Positions 38,331 through 49,049 of a stretch of 64,000 bases of DNA are shown here, piece after piece. Within the stretch, counting starts at the first letter, position 1; each line of letters begins with the position of its first letter. Source of the stretch: Flavobacteriales bacterium (GTDB lineage Bacteria > Bacteroidota > Bacteroidia > Palsa-965); NCBI GenBank assembly GCA_040377305.1, contig JBEIPA010000004.1, forward strand, positions 64,001 through 128,000, read 5' to 3'. The notes beneath the pieces are model-generated. The model was not told where the DNA came from. It was given only the letters and a program-made list of their open reading frames with translations, and made no database searches. Made by a program: the position numbers and the translations under genes.

Positions 38331-39012
38331 AATGTTTACCGAGTCGGAATGTGATACCTGCTGATAATGTAACGCCAATGAAATCCAGTGTTGCCTTCTC
38401 TGCGTTGTAAGAGAAATTCGGCGACAGTTCCGGATGATTTTTCAGGTAGAACGCCTGGCACATGAGATCAAACCAAATCACATCCGTCATTCTGCGCAAA
38501 TAATTTATGCGTGCTGTGCCTCCCAGATTTACCCAACTCATCATGCCCGATACGCCCACAAAAGCGTCCTTCGTCCCATCCGGATACTGCGCGTAACTGT
38601 ATGCCCCACTTTGCGAATGCAGCAATCCAATTTCAATGGTGTACTCCGAATTCTCCGAGTAACCGAAGTACCCAATGTTTGCCACAGTGAAATTATAATC
38701 GTACTTAATAATTCGTTTCGTTCCATTGGTAAATTTCGCAGTGGTTTGCGCTTCCAGATGTGTACGTCCAATGGAAGCCGAAAGGTGCAACACGCGGTAA
38801 CCAGCGTTCATCGAATAGCCATACCCGAACATAGGCATGCCGAGTTTCTTATCCAATGTCCCGGCATTCGCAGCATTGTACTCACGCCGGTAGCCGGAAA
38901 AGAATCCGGGGGCATTCACCGAACCCGTGCCCTGAAAGGAAATAACGAACTGTGCGTTCACTTCACCGACGAGCAACAGCACAAAGAAGAGAATGAATGT
39001 GATCTGTCTCAT
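38323..39012 (-). CDS. Outer-membrane beta-barrel protein
   Basis: Signal peptide, alternating strands, C-terminal GVTLSAGITFRL. Confidence 0.75.
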   Translation of the reverse strand: MRQITFILFFVLLLVGEVNAQFVISFQGTGSVNAPGFFSGYRREYNAANAGTLDKKLGMPMFGYGYSMNAGYRVLHLSASIGRTHLEAQTTAKFTNGTKRIIKYDYNFTVANIGYFGYSENSEYTIEIGLLHSQSGAYSYAQYPDGTKDAFVGVSGMMSWVNLGGTARINYLRRMTDVIWFDLMCQAFYLKNHPELSPNFSYNAEKATLDFIGVTLSAGITFRLGKHYD

Positions 39013-39017
39013 GTGCG

Positions 39018-39794
39018 TTAGTTAAAATGTAAAAGCAAAGACACCATCGTGTTCGTTATCGGAAATCTTTTCTCCGACCAGGGTATGTTCGTGTATTTCC
39101 CTGTTGATGACAACATGCTTCCATCGAGGACAGGACGTGTGTGCACCAGACGGAGCGTGAAAATGGAAAAATCATACGACGCAGAAAACGAATACCCGGC
39201 GATTGGAGTTTTCGGCTGGGGACCATCCTTTATTACACCCATCACATAAAACCACGGCTCCCATTTCGACATCTCTCCGCCAGCATTGCTGTACTTAATC
39301 TTGGTGCGAAGGAATCCGAGATCCGCACCAACACCAATTTTCAAACGACCTCCGGTTGGACGATAGCCTAAATTGAAGAAGGCCATATTCGTACTCATCT
39401 TGACTTTCTCCTCGTACTTCACCGGAGTTCCGCCAGGAGTTGGTTCATACGTATAAGCAAACGAATTTTTTTTGAAGCGCATTGTCCAGCCAAACTCTGC
39501 TGTGACTTTGGCGTTTTCATACGGATACATTTCATAGCTGATAGTGGCACCATGAAAATTATTCATGCTTCCGTACTTCTCATTCACTTCGAGAACAGAC
39601 TGCGAAGTATCCGCAGCGATTCCGTTTCTACGTTCACAGTAAATCTCCGGTCCCGACATGTGATAGGTATACATTCCGTACCCATACCCCATTCTCAAAC
39701 CACTTCCGTCGTAGTCTTGCGCGCATAATTGAGGCAAACCATAAACAAAAAGTGCGAAGAGCACGAGAACTTTTCTGGTCTCTGAATAAATCAT
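39018..39794 (-). CDS. Outer-membrane beta-barrel protein
   Basis: Signal peptide, Gly/aromatic-rich strands, ends SLLLHFN. Confidence 0.75.
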   Translation of the reverse strand: MIYSETRKVLVLFALFVYGLPQLCAQDYDGSGLRMGYGYGMYTYHMSGPEIYCERRNGIAADTSQSVLEVNEKYGSMNNFHGATISYEMYPYENAKVTAEFGWTMRFKKNSFAYTYEPTPGGTPVKYEEKVKMSTNMAFFNLGYRPTGGRLKIGVGADLGFLRTKIKYSNAGGEMSKWEPWFYVMGVIKDGPQPKTPIAGYSFSASYDFSIFTLRLVHTRPVLDGSMLSSTGKYTNIPWSEKRFPITNTMVSLLLHFN

Positions 39795-39898
39795 GGATGC
39801 GAAGATCGCATTTGTTCCGAAAGAATAAACCGATGCGCATCGAATTCCACTACGCAATTATTCGTATTTCCGGATGAAAGAATTCGCAGATGTGTGCC

Positions 39899-40546
39899 CT
39901 ACAAATACAACCCGTTCTTGATTGCGTACATGACAATGCCCACAGAATTTCTTGCCTTTATCTTCTCGAGAATCATTTCCCGGTGGCCTTCGATGGTACG
40001 TATGCTAAGATTCATGCGGTCGGCAATTTCCGCGTTGGTCAGCTCCTGACAGATGAGTTGGATCACCTTTGTTTCTCTTTCCGTTAAGGAGACCTTGTTG
40101 AAATTCGGTTTCACTTTTTCTCCGAGCACAAGTCGTTGCAACAGCGCGCGCGAAACACGATCGTCGAAATAATATCCGGTATCCATTACGGAGTGTATGG
40201 AGTCAATCAACGTTTCAATCGGATCGTTCTTCACCAGAAATCCATGTGCCCCATTTTCGATCATGTGTGCAATGATGGGTTCCTCATTGTGCATCGTGAG
40301 AATGATCACGCGTACTGCGGGATGCGTTTCTTTCAGCCAGGCCATTGTTGCCATTCCGTCCATCACAGGCATTTCAAGATCAAGCAAAACCACATCCGGT
40401 TTTTTCCGCTTCATCTTATCCTGCAGATCCTTTCCGTTGTCGGCCTCGATCACCACTTTTAGTTCAGGAAATTCGCTCAGCAGGGAAATTAATCCCTTGC
40501 GAAACATCACCTGATCGTCTGTAACTGCTATGTTGAACTTTGCCAT
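39899..40546 (-). CDS. NarL/LuxR-family response regulator
   Basis: VTDDQ, LLDLEMPVMDG, LTERE..TIEGHR. Confidence 0.95.
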   Translation of the reverse strand: MAKFNIAVTDDQVMFRKGLISLLSEFPELKVVIEADNGKDLQDKMKRKKPDVVLLDLEMPVMDGMATMAWLKETHPAVRVIILTMHNEEPIIAHMIENGAHGFLVKNDPIETLIDSIHSVMDTGYYFDDRVSRALLQRLVLGEKVKPNFNKVSLTERETKVIQLICQELTNAEIADRMNLSIRTIEGHREMILEKIKARNSVGIVMYAIKNGLYL

Positions 40547-41349
40547 ACTGCCGGTACTTCAATTATTACTTCTGAATCTGATTGACCTTTTGTTAAGTAC
40601 TGAATAGTACCGTTTACGAGTTGCACCCGGCTTTGGATACTCTTCAACCCAACTCCTTTTTCGGATTGAGCGAGTTCTGTTGCCGCTTCATTCGATATCC
40701 CCAAGCCATTGTGGTGAATTCGCACACTGAGACTTGCATCTGTTGCACGAACAGAAACATCCAGTGCTCTCGCCTGCGAATGTTTCAGAATGTTGTTGAT
40801 TACTTCCCGCACAGCACGATACAATTGCAACTCCGACCGCGGATGTATACGACGGTCATTCGTGTCTAAATGAGTCTCCACTTTCACTTGTCCGGATGCA
40901 TTGATCTGTCTGCACAACTCGGTAATTCCTTTATCAAAACCCAGCTTCACCAGCGTAGGTGGCATGAGGTCATGTGCAATACCGCGAACAGTTTGTATGC
41001 TCTCGTCAATCATGGTTAAGCTTTCCTTCACGAGCTCTTCTGTCTTTGGAACATCTGCCGCATTGCGTGAAAGCTTCGTCATCTGCAGGCGGATTACATT
41101 CAGTAGCGTGCCTACATCGTCGTGAATATTCTTTGCAATTTTTTCACGCTCCTGTTCGGCCACTTCCATCGATGCATCCAGCAATTCTTTCTGGTGACGG
41201 TTTTCTGCCGCCTGAATCTCGTTTTGTTGCGCGAGTACTTTGCGTTGGTACAGGGCCACGAACATGATGATCGACACAACGAGTGTCAACATTGCGACGG
41301 TGCCGATGGCAACCAACATCACTACTGGTATTGTTTCCTGGCTTTCCAA
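40528..41349 (-). CDS. HisKA_3 sensor histidine kinase with a single TM helix
   Basis: EREKIAKNIHDDVG, EVINNILKHS, GVGLKSIQSRV; start uncertain (TTG 41349 preferred). Confidence 0.9.
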   Translation of the reverse strand: MESQETIPVVMLVAIGTVAMLTLVVSIIMFVALYQRKVLAQQNEIQAAENRHQKELLDASMEVAEQEREKIAKNIHDDVGTLLNVIRLQMTKLSRNAADVPKTEELVKESLTMIDESIQTVRGIAHDLMPPTLVKLGFDKGITELCRQINASGQVKVETHLDTNDRRIHPRSELQLYRAVREVINNILKHSQARALDVSVRATDASLSVRIHHNGLGISNEAATELAQSEKGVGLKSIQSRVQLVNGTIQYLTKGQSDSEVIIEVPAVWQSST

Positions 41350-41973
41350 AATGCTATTGTCAATATGACTGAATAAGACATTCTCAATACCGCGTGCATC
41401 ATCCAAAGGCTATTGAATAAGTCCCGTGAAATTCTGCTTGCATAATTTACTGAACTGAAAACAAAGATAGCGCCCCCAAAGTAAATCAGGATAGCGCTCA
41501 GAATCCAGAAATTAGGAGTAGAAGTCAGCGATGTGAATTTCATGTCTGTCATGAAATGATAGAACGCCATCACAGAGTACGTTACAAAAACGGCCGATTC
41601 ACAAACCAATACCAGATTGTCAAAAGAGATAGTATTTCCTGAGAATTTAAAATCCGCAACAACTATCAACGGAAAGAGGATCATCAACGAAATAATGATT
41701 CTTGAAAAGTATCTTCTTTGTGACAGGAAGAGAAAAAACAAACTTGTGAGTTCAAATTCCAGGAACGAGTAGATCCTTGTTACTACCGTGCCAACTGCTG
41801 GTGTTTTAAAATTCAATATGGACAAATCGGAACACGCTGAAACCAATGTTAGAAGAATGATCACTTTTATTCCTCGGCTGCATTTTCCAAAAACGAACAT
41901 TCCCAACGCCAAAGGAATGAGTGTCGCAAACGTGCTTATTCTCTGAAATATTTCACTCCAATCCTAACTCCAT
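41322..41973 (-). CDS. Multi-pass membrane protein (putative sensor partner), with an apparent frameshift at the N-terminus
   Basis: 6-7 TM helices, PNFWILSAILIYF; reading frame extends to about 41963 but the ATG at 41973 is out of frame by 1. Confidence 0.7.
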
Positions 41974-42066
41974 TAGTGGTATTAACGTTATTAACGCGAA
42001 GATACAGCCCTATTATAGATAGAACAATCACAGGAGAGTGTTAGCCCTCTCCCGTGATTAGTTCAA

Positions 42067-42378
42067 TTATAACGGACTTCCGTTGGTGTCACAATATGTC
42101 GGACAGCCCATGCTACGGTCACCAATAATTCCTCCGGTCATGTCATTGCCCTCTGCATTTACACCCACAAATACAAGTTGTTTATTCCCGTCTGTGTCTT
42201 CTGCGTAATATGCGCGTATGCCTACACAACCTGTTTGCGCAAGAATGCTGGAGATAATTGCTTTTCCGATATACTGCGCACGATAACCATATGCATGATC
42301 ACCGTTTCTATAGTTAGCAGTCATTGCAGCTGCTTCTTCAAGGGAAATCTGCTCCCCTTCCTTACCGTCAAATGCCAT
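42067..42378 (-). CDS. Small hypothetical protein with a C-terminal CPxxC motif
   Basis: ISLEEAAAMTANYR..ILAQTGCVGIRAYY..LVFVGV..CPTYC; hairpin at about 42026-42059 downstream. Confidence 0.85.
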   Translation of the reverse strand: MAFDGKEGEQISLEEAAAMTANYRNGDHAYGYRAQYIGKAIISSILAQTGCVGIRAYYAEDTDGNKQLVFVGVNAEGNDMTGGIIGDRSMGCPTYCDTNGSPL

Positions 42379-42508
42379 AAATTTTTTGTTTTAGGTGGTT
42401 GTTAACTGATTTTCTTAAAAATAAGGAAACGCTAGTAACGATAATCGAATCACGACGAAATGGTGTTTTCGTACTGACTTTATTCTCAGTGTTTTAATAA
42501 AAAAACAG

Positions 42509-42580
42509 GGGTAAACACCCCCGTATTTCTACGGTAAAAAACCCGTAGTAATACGGTAGAAAAAATCAGGTAGTAATACC
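42509..42580. promoter_or_regulatory. Phased GTA-N4-TAC palindromes, probable response-regulator binding sites
   Basis: CCGTATTTCTACGG, CCGTAGTAATACGG, GGTAGTAATACC. Confidence 0.6.
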
Positions 42581-42661
42581 CTTGTACCTGCAGTGGCTGC
42601 GGAAGTATTTTTGAATCCAACGTTTGTGTGCACGACCCCATTCAGCAAACACAGAACAGGC

Positions 42662-42856
42662 ATGGAGAGCAACGATCATTTGCGCGGACAGTACATCAAC
42701 ATCAAAGAAGAACGCGAGTTACTGTATTGGTCGTACATGCTCGAGTGCGAAAAAGAAGATGTGGTGAAAGCTGTAATTAAAATCGGAACAAGTGCGAAGA
42801 TGGTCGACGACTATCTCTACATGAACCGGAGAAAACTTTCTTCAAATGGCCAATAA
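42662..42856 (+). CDS. DUF3606-like small protein
   Basis: INIKEERELLYWS..L...VVKAV..IG..A..V..YL. Confidence 0.7.
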   Translation: MESNDHLRGQYINIKEERELLYWSYMLECEKEDVVKAVIKIGTSAKMVDDYLYMNRRKLSSNGQ

Positions 42857-43190
42857 AACCGCTGCTGGAAACCCGTTCAGCGACGATGTGATTCAAAAAA
42901 TCTGGGAGAAAGCGCAACCCGTTCCCGGCGAAGATCCTGCGCGCATCCGTCGCGATATCTGCGGAGCAATTATTCACCGCGAAGATTTTAATAAAGCCGT
43001 AAAAGCACTTTCCTTCGGCTGGGAAATTGATCACATCAAACCTATTTCAAAAGGTGGCAGCGACGATTACCACAACCTTCAGCCACTGCAATGGGAAAAC
43101 AATCGAGGCAAAGGAGATGAGCATCCTTCGTGGAATTGTAGAGTGGGAAGCGCGTTGAAGGTGAATGGTTATTTGAAAAACGAACTCTAG
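42846..43190 (+). CDS. HNH endonuclease
   Basis: GWEIDHIKPISKGGSDDYHNLQPLQWENNRGK. Confidence 0.9.
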   Translation: MANKTAAGNPFSDDVIQKIWEKAQPVPGEDPARIRRDICGAIIHREDFNKAVKALSFGWEIDHIKPISKGGSDDYHNLQPLQWENNRGKGDEHPSWNCRVGSALKVNGYLKNEL

Positions 43191-43414
43191 TCTAGATCGA
43201 TAAGATCGCGAAGTTTCACATCCAGAACCTTTGAAATAGCATAAAGAGTTGTAATTGTAGGGCTCTGTAGCCCTCGTTCAATACGGCCGATATATTCGCC
43301 ATGCACCCCACATTCGAATCCGAGTTGCGCCTGAGAAATATTCTGTGCGATTCGGGCCGAACGAATACGTTGACCTAAATCTTTCAGAAGTTTTTTGCTA
43401 GCTCGAGCACTCAC
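43187..43414 (-). CDS. XRE-family HTH regulator
   Basis: LGQRIRSARIAQNISQAQLGFECG..YIGRIERGLQSPT; probable GTG start at 43414. Confidence 0.9.
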   Translation of the reverse strand: MSARASKKLLKDLGQRIRSARIAQNISQAQLGFECGVHGEYIGRIERGLQSPTITTLYAISKVLDVKLRDLIDLD

Positions 43415-43447
43415 GAACGAAAAGTGCAACGGATCAGAAAACATATT

Positions 43448-43463
43448 CCAACCTATAGGTTGG
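43448..43463. promoter_or_regulatory. Perfect 16-bp palindrome, probable XRE operator
   Basis: CCAACCTATAGGTTGG. Confidence 0.65.
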
Positions 43464-43536
43464 CTGCGCGCATTTTACCTTATAATTCGAAAGAACGATT
43501 CTTGAATATAATTCATTGAAAACTTAACTCTGCTGC

Positions 43537-46500
43537 ATGAAGTCAATCAGAAACATTTTCTTCGTTACTCCCGTTTTGTTTTGCCTGTCAACGAAAGCAC
43601 AAAACGTTTATGACACCTATAATCCAATTGTAGATTCCATTGTCACAACATATGGCGAAGACTCAAACTACTACGCATTTACCGGAGAGTATCAAATCTT
43701 TAGTAATCTATTAGAGTCTTGGGAGGCAGCTTCATCTTTAGGATACTCTATCTCATACAAAATTGAGCCGGTTTCTTTTCCTTTCACTCCGGATTGCTCA
43801 AATGGTGATTGCGGAAATAGTTCGAGCTCCACTAGAGATTTAGTACTGATCGGCAGCTACGTCTATGGTGATTACAATTTCCATCGTGCTTTGGATACAA
43901 TGTCTAGTTATTCCACGTTGCTTAGTAACAAATTCACAAATACAGCCCCTCCTGGGGGTATGCGAGACTTCATTCCACATACAGTACTAAAGCACACATT
44001 GTTTTTACACTTCGGAGCCTCCGTTAACAGTCCTGTTGTAGATTCTTTTGTGTTTCTGCTCGATCATACTAGAGGTTTTATGTCCGAATATCCCTTTCGC
44101 AATGACAACGATGAATCGGACCCGGCAGAGCATGACGTTACAATTTTTCCATGGTTCATCTATACTCACAACGATTCCTTTCTAACCGTTCCAAACCAAG
44201 GAACCAATTTCATGAATACGGTAGATTACTTTCCTTTTCCGGACGCACATTATTTTCCCGATAGTCTTATTCCCGCTTGGTTGATGGTACCACAGCCAAA
44301 TACACCTAATATTTATCTAGCGCCTGAATATTTCTTGCATCCATCACCATATTCTCTCGTCGGTGTATTGGTGGCAAATTACGCGTGGGATCCTTTTGCT
44401 GGCTTGCAAAGTCAGGTGGTGATGGGCCATGCACCTCATACCTATTACATCGATACCGCAATGGATTTGACGACAATCAATCCAAGAGAAAGAATTATCT
44501 ACAACCCTTCGGCGGTCTACATCACTGCTGCTGATCCGATCGTATTTCCGAGTGGTTACACTTTCATGACAGTGGGCGGAAAATATCCTACCAAAATTCA
44601 AGTGGAAGCAATTGACTCAGACACCATGTATGCCGATCTACGCGAAGTGCCAGTCATAGGTGCGGCTTTGAATCTTACCGATAATCCGAATACTACAGCT
44701 GTCGACAGTATGTCCTATTATTATGTCACTGCTGGATGCACTCTGAGAATCGAGCCATGTGTAACAATATATGATGCGACAATTGTAGTGCAAACAGGTG
44801 GGAGAATTGAACTCGATACTAATGGCGTAGGCGGCAACTATATTCTTCTCGTTGATTCTGGCGGTGTGTTAGTTCAACAGAACTCGAATCCTAGTGTTCC
44901 TTGCAGTTATATGTGCTTTGAGTCTTCGCACTATAATCAACGACATGTAACAATTAGTTCGAATACAACTTGGGATACAACAAATGTGGAGTCAGCCTTT
45001 CCAGGAAGCGCGATGTGGTCTGCAGCAACGAATAACACTGTGAAATTCGTAGAAGGAATTACCATTGACTCGGGCATCACATTAACAATTGGAGCGGGGG
45101 TAAATTTGCTTTTCGGTCCGAACGGTAAAGTCATTGTGAAAAAAGGCGGACGTCTTATTGTAAATGGAACTGCGACGGACAGTTGTCTCTTTGGACCAGC
45201 CTGTCAGTTGGAATGGAATGGAATAGAGGTGTGGGGAGATTCGGCAATCACCCAATTCGTTGGAACTGGCTATACGCTTCAAGGCTATCTCGATATGGAT
45301 TATTGTGTAGTTGAACATGCGAGAACTGCTGTGACATTAGGAAAGCCAGGAACACTTGAAAACAACGGTGGCGTAATTAAAGCATATCATTGTTCTTTTC
45401 TGAATAATGTGCACGATGTAGTATTTCAGCCCTACCGCAATTTCGTGAACACGGGTCCATATTATCCGACTGCATATAATATCAGTTTACTCAGTGCTTC
45501 TGAATTCCGAACAACGGAATATTTCTTTGACGCAAGTCTCAATCTGGACGTTGACGATGGACCATCCTCAGCATCTTCTCACATTGTTCCGGATGGAGTA
45601 AAAGTGCGGCACATCGCAAGTTGTACATTTGCTAATGATACCCCTAATAACTACGCTCCTCATTTGCGTGGAACTGGGATTTCGGGTTTTGAAAGTGGGT
45701 TATTGTTGCAGTCTCAAAATCCAAATCGCTTCGAAGGTCTTTCGGATGGAGTTTGGATGAAAGGTGTAGGGACATCTGCTTATGCGATGAATTTATCTGC
45801 TCAAACATTTAAGAATAACATTCATGCTATCGTTTGTGAAGGCACTCGTTTCAGTGCGATCTTGGCAGATACGATTGATGTTCCTGAATCTCCACAGTAT
45901 GGGTATGATTCTTTGGATCTCGAGTTAGGTTACGATAAGCCCGTTGGTGTTTTTATGATTGGCTCAATTGATTACAGAATTGAGGACAATCAATTTAATG
46001 TCGGGGATACAACGACTCAAATCACACCGATGGCTTCGTGCAAAGACTGCTCGTATAACATTGTAATATACAACACCGCGTGGCCAACACCTGCCAATAC
46101 CGGAAATGGCACAATCTACAACAACAACATTCATCATGCGAGTATTGGAATTCAGGCACAAGGAAACAATGGAGTGGGTGGTTTCGGAAATGATGGGGCG
46201 GAATTTATTTGTAACGATTTTGAAGAGAGCGAATTTTTCGACTTCCTTCTAATAGGTCGCGGGTGGATGCCCTCTGCACCCGCCGTGCAATCAACAATTC
46301 GCGATCAGGGAAACTGCGACCCCAACGCTCCGCATTTGAAAGCTACAAATTACTATGATGGTTGTGACTTTCCATCCGATAGTCAAGCACATTATTTTTA
46401 TGCGACCTCATCTTCATTTGTCTATAATGATCTTTCCGTAACTTCTCCTGCGTGCCATAATATTGGTCTAGTCTACTGCAACCCACTAGAAAATCCTAAT

Positions 46501-47628
46501 CCATGTGGATCTCATCTCACGGGACTGTATTGGGCTCCGATTCTTACCAAATACAATACTGCTACAACTGCACATGAGAATGCACGACACCTATTAGACT
46601 CGCTTGTTGATGGAGGCAGTACAGAGGATGCTCTCGATTTGATCAAAGATAAATCCGGGAGTGATCTTTATGATGAACTAGAGAAACTTTCACCGTGGCT
46701 GTCTGACATTGTCCTGCTGGATCTATTGGAGGAGCATAACAGAAGCAAACTTAATGAGGAGCAACTAGTCGCAATTCTTCTGCTGAATGGACGATTGTCT
46801 CAAGTGGTTTACGATGCTGCCATAAATACATCGCCGGAACTTGCCGGTGCATCAATCGATGCACTTACTGCAAATCAAGAAAATATCGGTGCACGTGAAT
46901 TGAAAGAAAGAGAATGGCACACTATGTTGTTTGAAGCAGACAAGGAGGCGACTGTAATAGTCGAATATGCATTGAGCTCGGACTCAATTGTAGAAGGCGC
47001 CAATGCATTAAGACACGCTGAACCAATTCCGGAAATGCAAAAATTATTTACGTTGCAGTTGGCTGCGTGCCGATTTGATGCCGCACGAGGAACCTTAGAT
47101 TCAATCTTTATAAAACAGGGAAATGTAGAAACATTCTGGACTGTGTTGGCGAGTATATCAATAGTTCAGGCTGAAGAGAATCGGAGTTGGAGCAGTGCGA
47201 CTATTGAAGAAATTCAAGTAGCAGATAGTATTTGGGGTGAATACGGTGAAGAATTTATTGGCGCAAGAGTCGCTGTATCACGATACACCAAGCAAGGATT
47301 TCTGCGATCTCCGTTTGACCTGGAGTCCAGTTCGGAGCGTCGGGCTAACCCAGATTCAGACGCGCCTTTACTTACGCAAAGCACAACTATGAATGTGTTC
47401 CCCAACCCGGCAACGCATTCAGCGACGATAACAATTAATGGAGCTTCGAATCTGACAGGTTATCTGGAAGTCGTTAATTCCGTTGGACAGACGGTAAATC
47501 GCATATCATTAGCGCAGGGCAGCCAGATTACGATCAATCTGGACGAATATCCGTCAGGCATTTTGTACCTTAGACTAGTCAGCGAAGGGGAGTGTTTAGA
47601 TACCGAAAAGTTGATAATAATGCGATGA
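43537..47628 (+). CDS. Large T9SS cargo protein (beta-helix + CTD)
   Basis: Signal peptide; WNGIEVWG; CTD VFPNPAT..KLII. Confidence 0.9.
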   Translation: MKSIRNIFFVTPVLFCLSTKAQNVYDTYNPIVDSIVTTYGEDSNYYAFTGEYQIFSNLLESWEAASSLGYSISYKIEPVSFPFTPDCSNGDCGNSSSSTRDLVLIGSYVYGDYNFHRALDTMSSYSTLLSNKFTNTAPPGGMRDFIPHTVLKHTLFLHFGASVNSPVVDSFVFLLDHTRGFMSEYPFRNDNDESDPAEHDVTIFPWFIYTHNDSFLTVPNQGTNFMNTVDYFPFPDAHYFPDSLIPAWLMVPQPNTPNIYLAPEYFLHPSPYSLVGVLVANYAWDPFAGLQSQVVMGHAPHTYYIDTAMDLTTINPRERIIYNPSAVYITAADPIVFPSGYTFMTVGGKYPTKIQVEAIDSDTMYADLREVPVIGAALNLTDNPNTTAVDSMSYYYVTAGCTLRIEPCVTIYDATIVVQTGGRIELDTNGVGGNYILLVDSGGVLVQQNSNPSVPCSYMCFESSHYNQRHVTISSNTTWDTTNVESAFPGSAMWSAATNNTVKFVEGITIDSGITLTIGAGVNLLFGPNGKVIVKKGGRLIVNGTATDSCLFGPACQLEWNGIEVWGDSAITQFVGTGYTLQGYLDMDYCVVEHARTAVTLGKPGTLENNGGVIKAYHCSFLNNVHDVVFQPYRNFVNTGPYYPTAYNISLLSASEFRTTEYFFDASLNLDVDDGPSSASSHIVPDGVKVRHIASCTFANDTPNNYAPHLRGTGISGFESGLLLQSQNPNRFEGLSDGVWMKGVGTSAYAMNLSAQTFKNNIHAIVCEGTRFSAILADTIDVPESPQYGYDSLDLELGYDKPVGVFMIGSIDYRIEDNQFNVGDTTTQITPMASCKDCSYNIVIYNTAWPTPANTGNGTIYNNNIHHASIGIQAQGNNGVGGFGNDGAEFICNDFEESEFFDFLLIGRGWMPSAPAVQSTIRDQGNCDPNAPHLKATNYYDGCDFPSDSQAHYFYATSSSFVYNDLSVTSPACHNIGLVYCNPLENPNPCGSHLTGLYWAPILTKYNTATTAHENARHLLDSLVDGGSTEDALDLIKDKSGSDLYDELEKLSPWLSDIVLLDLLEEHNRSKLNEEQLVAILLLNGRLSQVVYDAAINTSPELAGASIDALTANQENIGARELKEREWHTMLFEADKEATVIVEYALSSDSIVEGANALRHAEPIPEMQKLFTLQLAACRFDAARGTLDSIFIKQGNVETFWTVLASISIVQAEENRSWSSATIEEIQVADSIWGEYGEEFIGARVAVSRYTKQGFLRSPFDLESSSERRANPDSDAPLLTQSTTMNVFPNPATHSATITINGASNLTGYLEVVNSVGQTVNRISLAQGSQITINLDEYPSGILYLRLVSEGECLDTEKLIIMR

Positions 47629-49049
47629 GGAAATTTGCACTTGTTATTGTTGTAAATCTGTTGTGCGAAATAGCTCCTGCACAACAGATTTATTTTAATA
47701 ATTTCTATGATGTCGCTGGTTTTCCTAATTACACGAGTAGTGTTATTCAAAAACCCGATAGCGGATTTATTTTTATAAACACAGATATTGGACCAATTCA
47801 GAAAGGGTATGTTATTACGGGCACTGACAAGTTTGGCGATACTATTTTTACTAAGCCCTACTATTACACGAACCTTGTCGTTACTACCGGATCAACGCAT
47901 TCTTTAATCCCAACACAGGATGGGAACTATTTGGTTTCGGGAACAGGGATCGATACAGCCAATGTGCGTGACGGTTGGTTAATAAAATTTACTCCGGCGG
48001 GTGACACACTTTGGACAAGTCGGTATGGGGGAGCAGCAGGGGATTATATTAATTCGATTTATGAGGATTCACAAGGAGACATTTGGGGATGTGGTTCTAC
48101 TTCGAGTTGGGGGAATGGGTTAAGCGATTTTTGGTTAATGCGCTTCGATTCCAATGGAATTCTACTTTGGGACACAACTTTTGGCACACCTCAAAACGAA
48201 GGATGTGTAAGCGGAGAACTGACTGCTGACGGTGGAATAATTATGGCGGGCAGAACTGACGGAATTCCGTATGTCGTTAAGGTTAATGCCAGCGGACAGG
48301 TTGATTGGCAGTATGCTTATTCTAATTATAATGGTTACGGCTATGTTTCGGCCGCACCTGATTCTGGATATATTATTGCTTGTGGTAAAATTATCTCTGC
48401 AAATGAAGAGCAAGGTGTCATATTAAAACTGAACTCCAATGGTGTTGAATTGTGGAATAGATATGTTGGCTTCGCAAACACGGGTGAAGGATTGTCTGCT
48501 AAACCAATAGTAACCGCGAATAGTATAGTAGTAAGTGGAGTTAGCGCTCCAGTTAGTGGGTACTATAGAGGATTCTTAGCTAAAACAGACATTTTCGGAT
48601 TCATGCTCTGGCAAAGAGCTTACACTCTAGACAGCACTCACAATCACTATGTGTATGAATGTTTGGCGACTTCTGATAGTGGTTATTTACTAGCCGGTTC
48701 AACTTTTCAGACCACTCAAAATGCCTGGCTAGTGAAAGTAGATAGTATGGGATGTGAAGTTGCTGGGTGCGATGCCGTGAATATCAACGAACAACAGGCG
48801 GAACAAGCGATTCGTGTCTATCCAAATCCCGCAAGGGAATATGTTTCAGTTGCATTTTTGGGAGACCACATCGGCGCTACGCGTCTAGAGATTTTCAATT
48901 CAGAAGGAAAACTAGTTGATTGTGCTTTCTTCGATGGGCTCCGTTTGCTTACTATTTCAACTACGGAATATGCTGAGGGAATCTATTTTTTACGGGTGAT
49001 GCGAGAAGGAGAATGCATTGATTCGCAAAAACTGGTCGTAATTAGGTGA
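47625..49049 (+). CDS. T9SS cargo beta-propeller protein
   Basis: GDTLWT..YGG repeats; CTD VYPNPA. Confidence 0.9.
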   Translation: MRKFALVIVVNLLCEIAPAQQIYFNNFYDVAGFPNYTSSVIQKPDSGFIFINTDIGPIQKGYVITGTDKFGDTIFTKPYYYTNLVVTTGSTHSLIPTQDGNYLVSGTGIDTANVRDGWLIKFTPAGDTLWTSRYGGAAGDYINSIYEDSQGDIWGCGSTSSWGNGLSDFWLMRFDSNGILLWDTTFGTPQNEGCVSGELTADGGIIMAGRTDGIPYVVKVNASGQVDWQYAYSNYNGYGYVSAAPDSGYIIACGKIISANEEQGVILKLNSNGVELWNRYVGFANTGEGLSAKPIVTANSIVVSGVSAPVSGYYRGFLAKTDIFGFMLWQRAYTLDSTHNHYVYECLATSDSGYLLAGSTFQTTQNAWLVKVDSMGCEVAGCDAVNINEQQAEQAIRVYPNPAREYVSVAFLGDHIGATRLEIFNSEGKLVDCAFFDGLRLLTISTTEYAEGIYFLRVMREGECIDSQKLVVIR

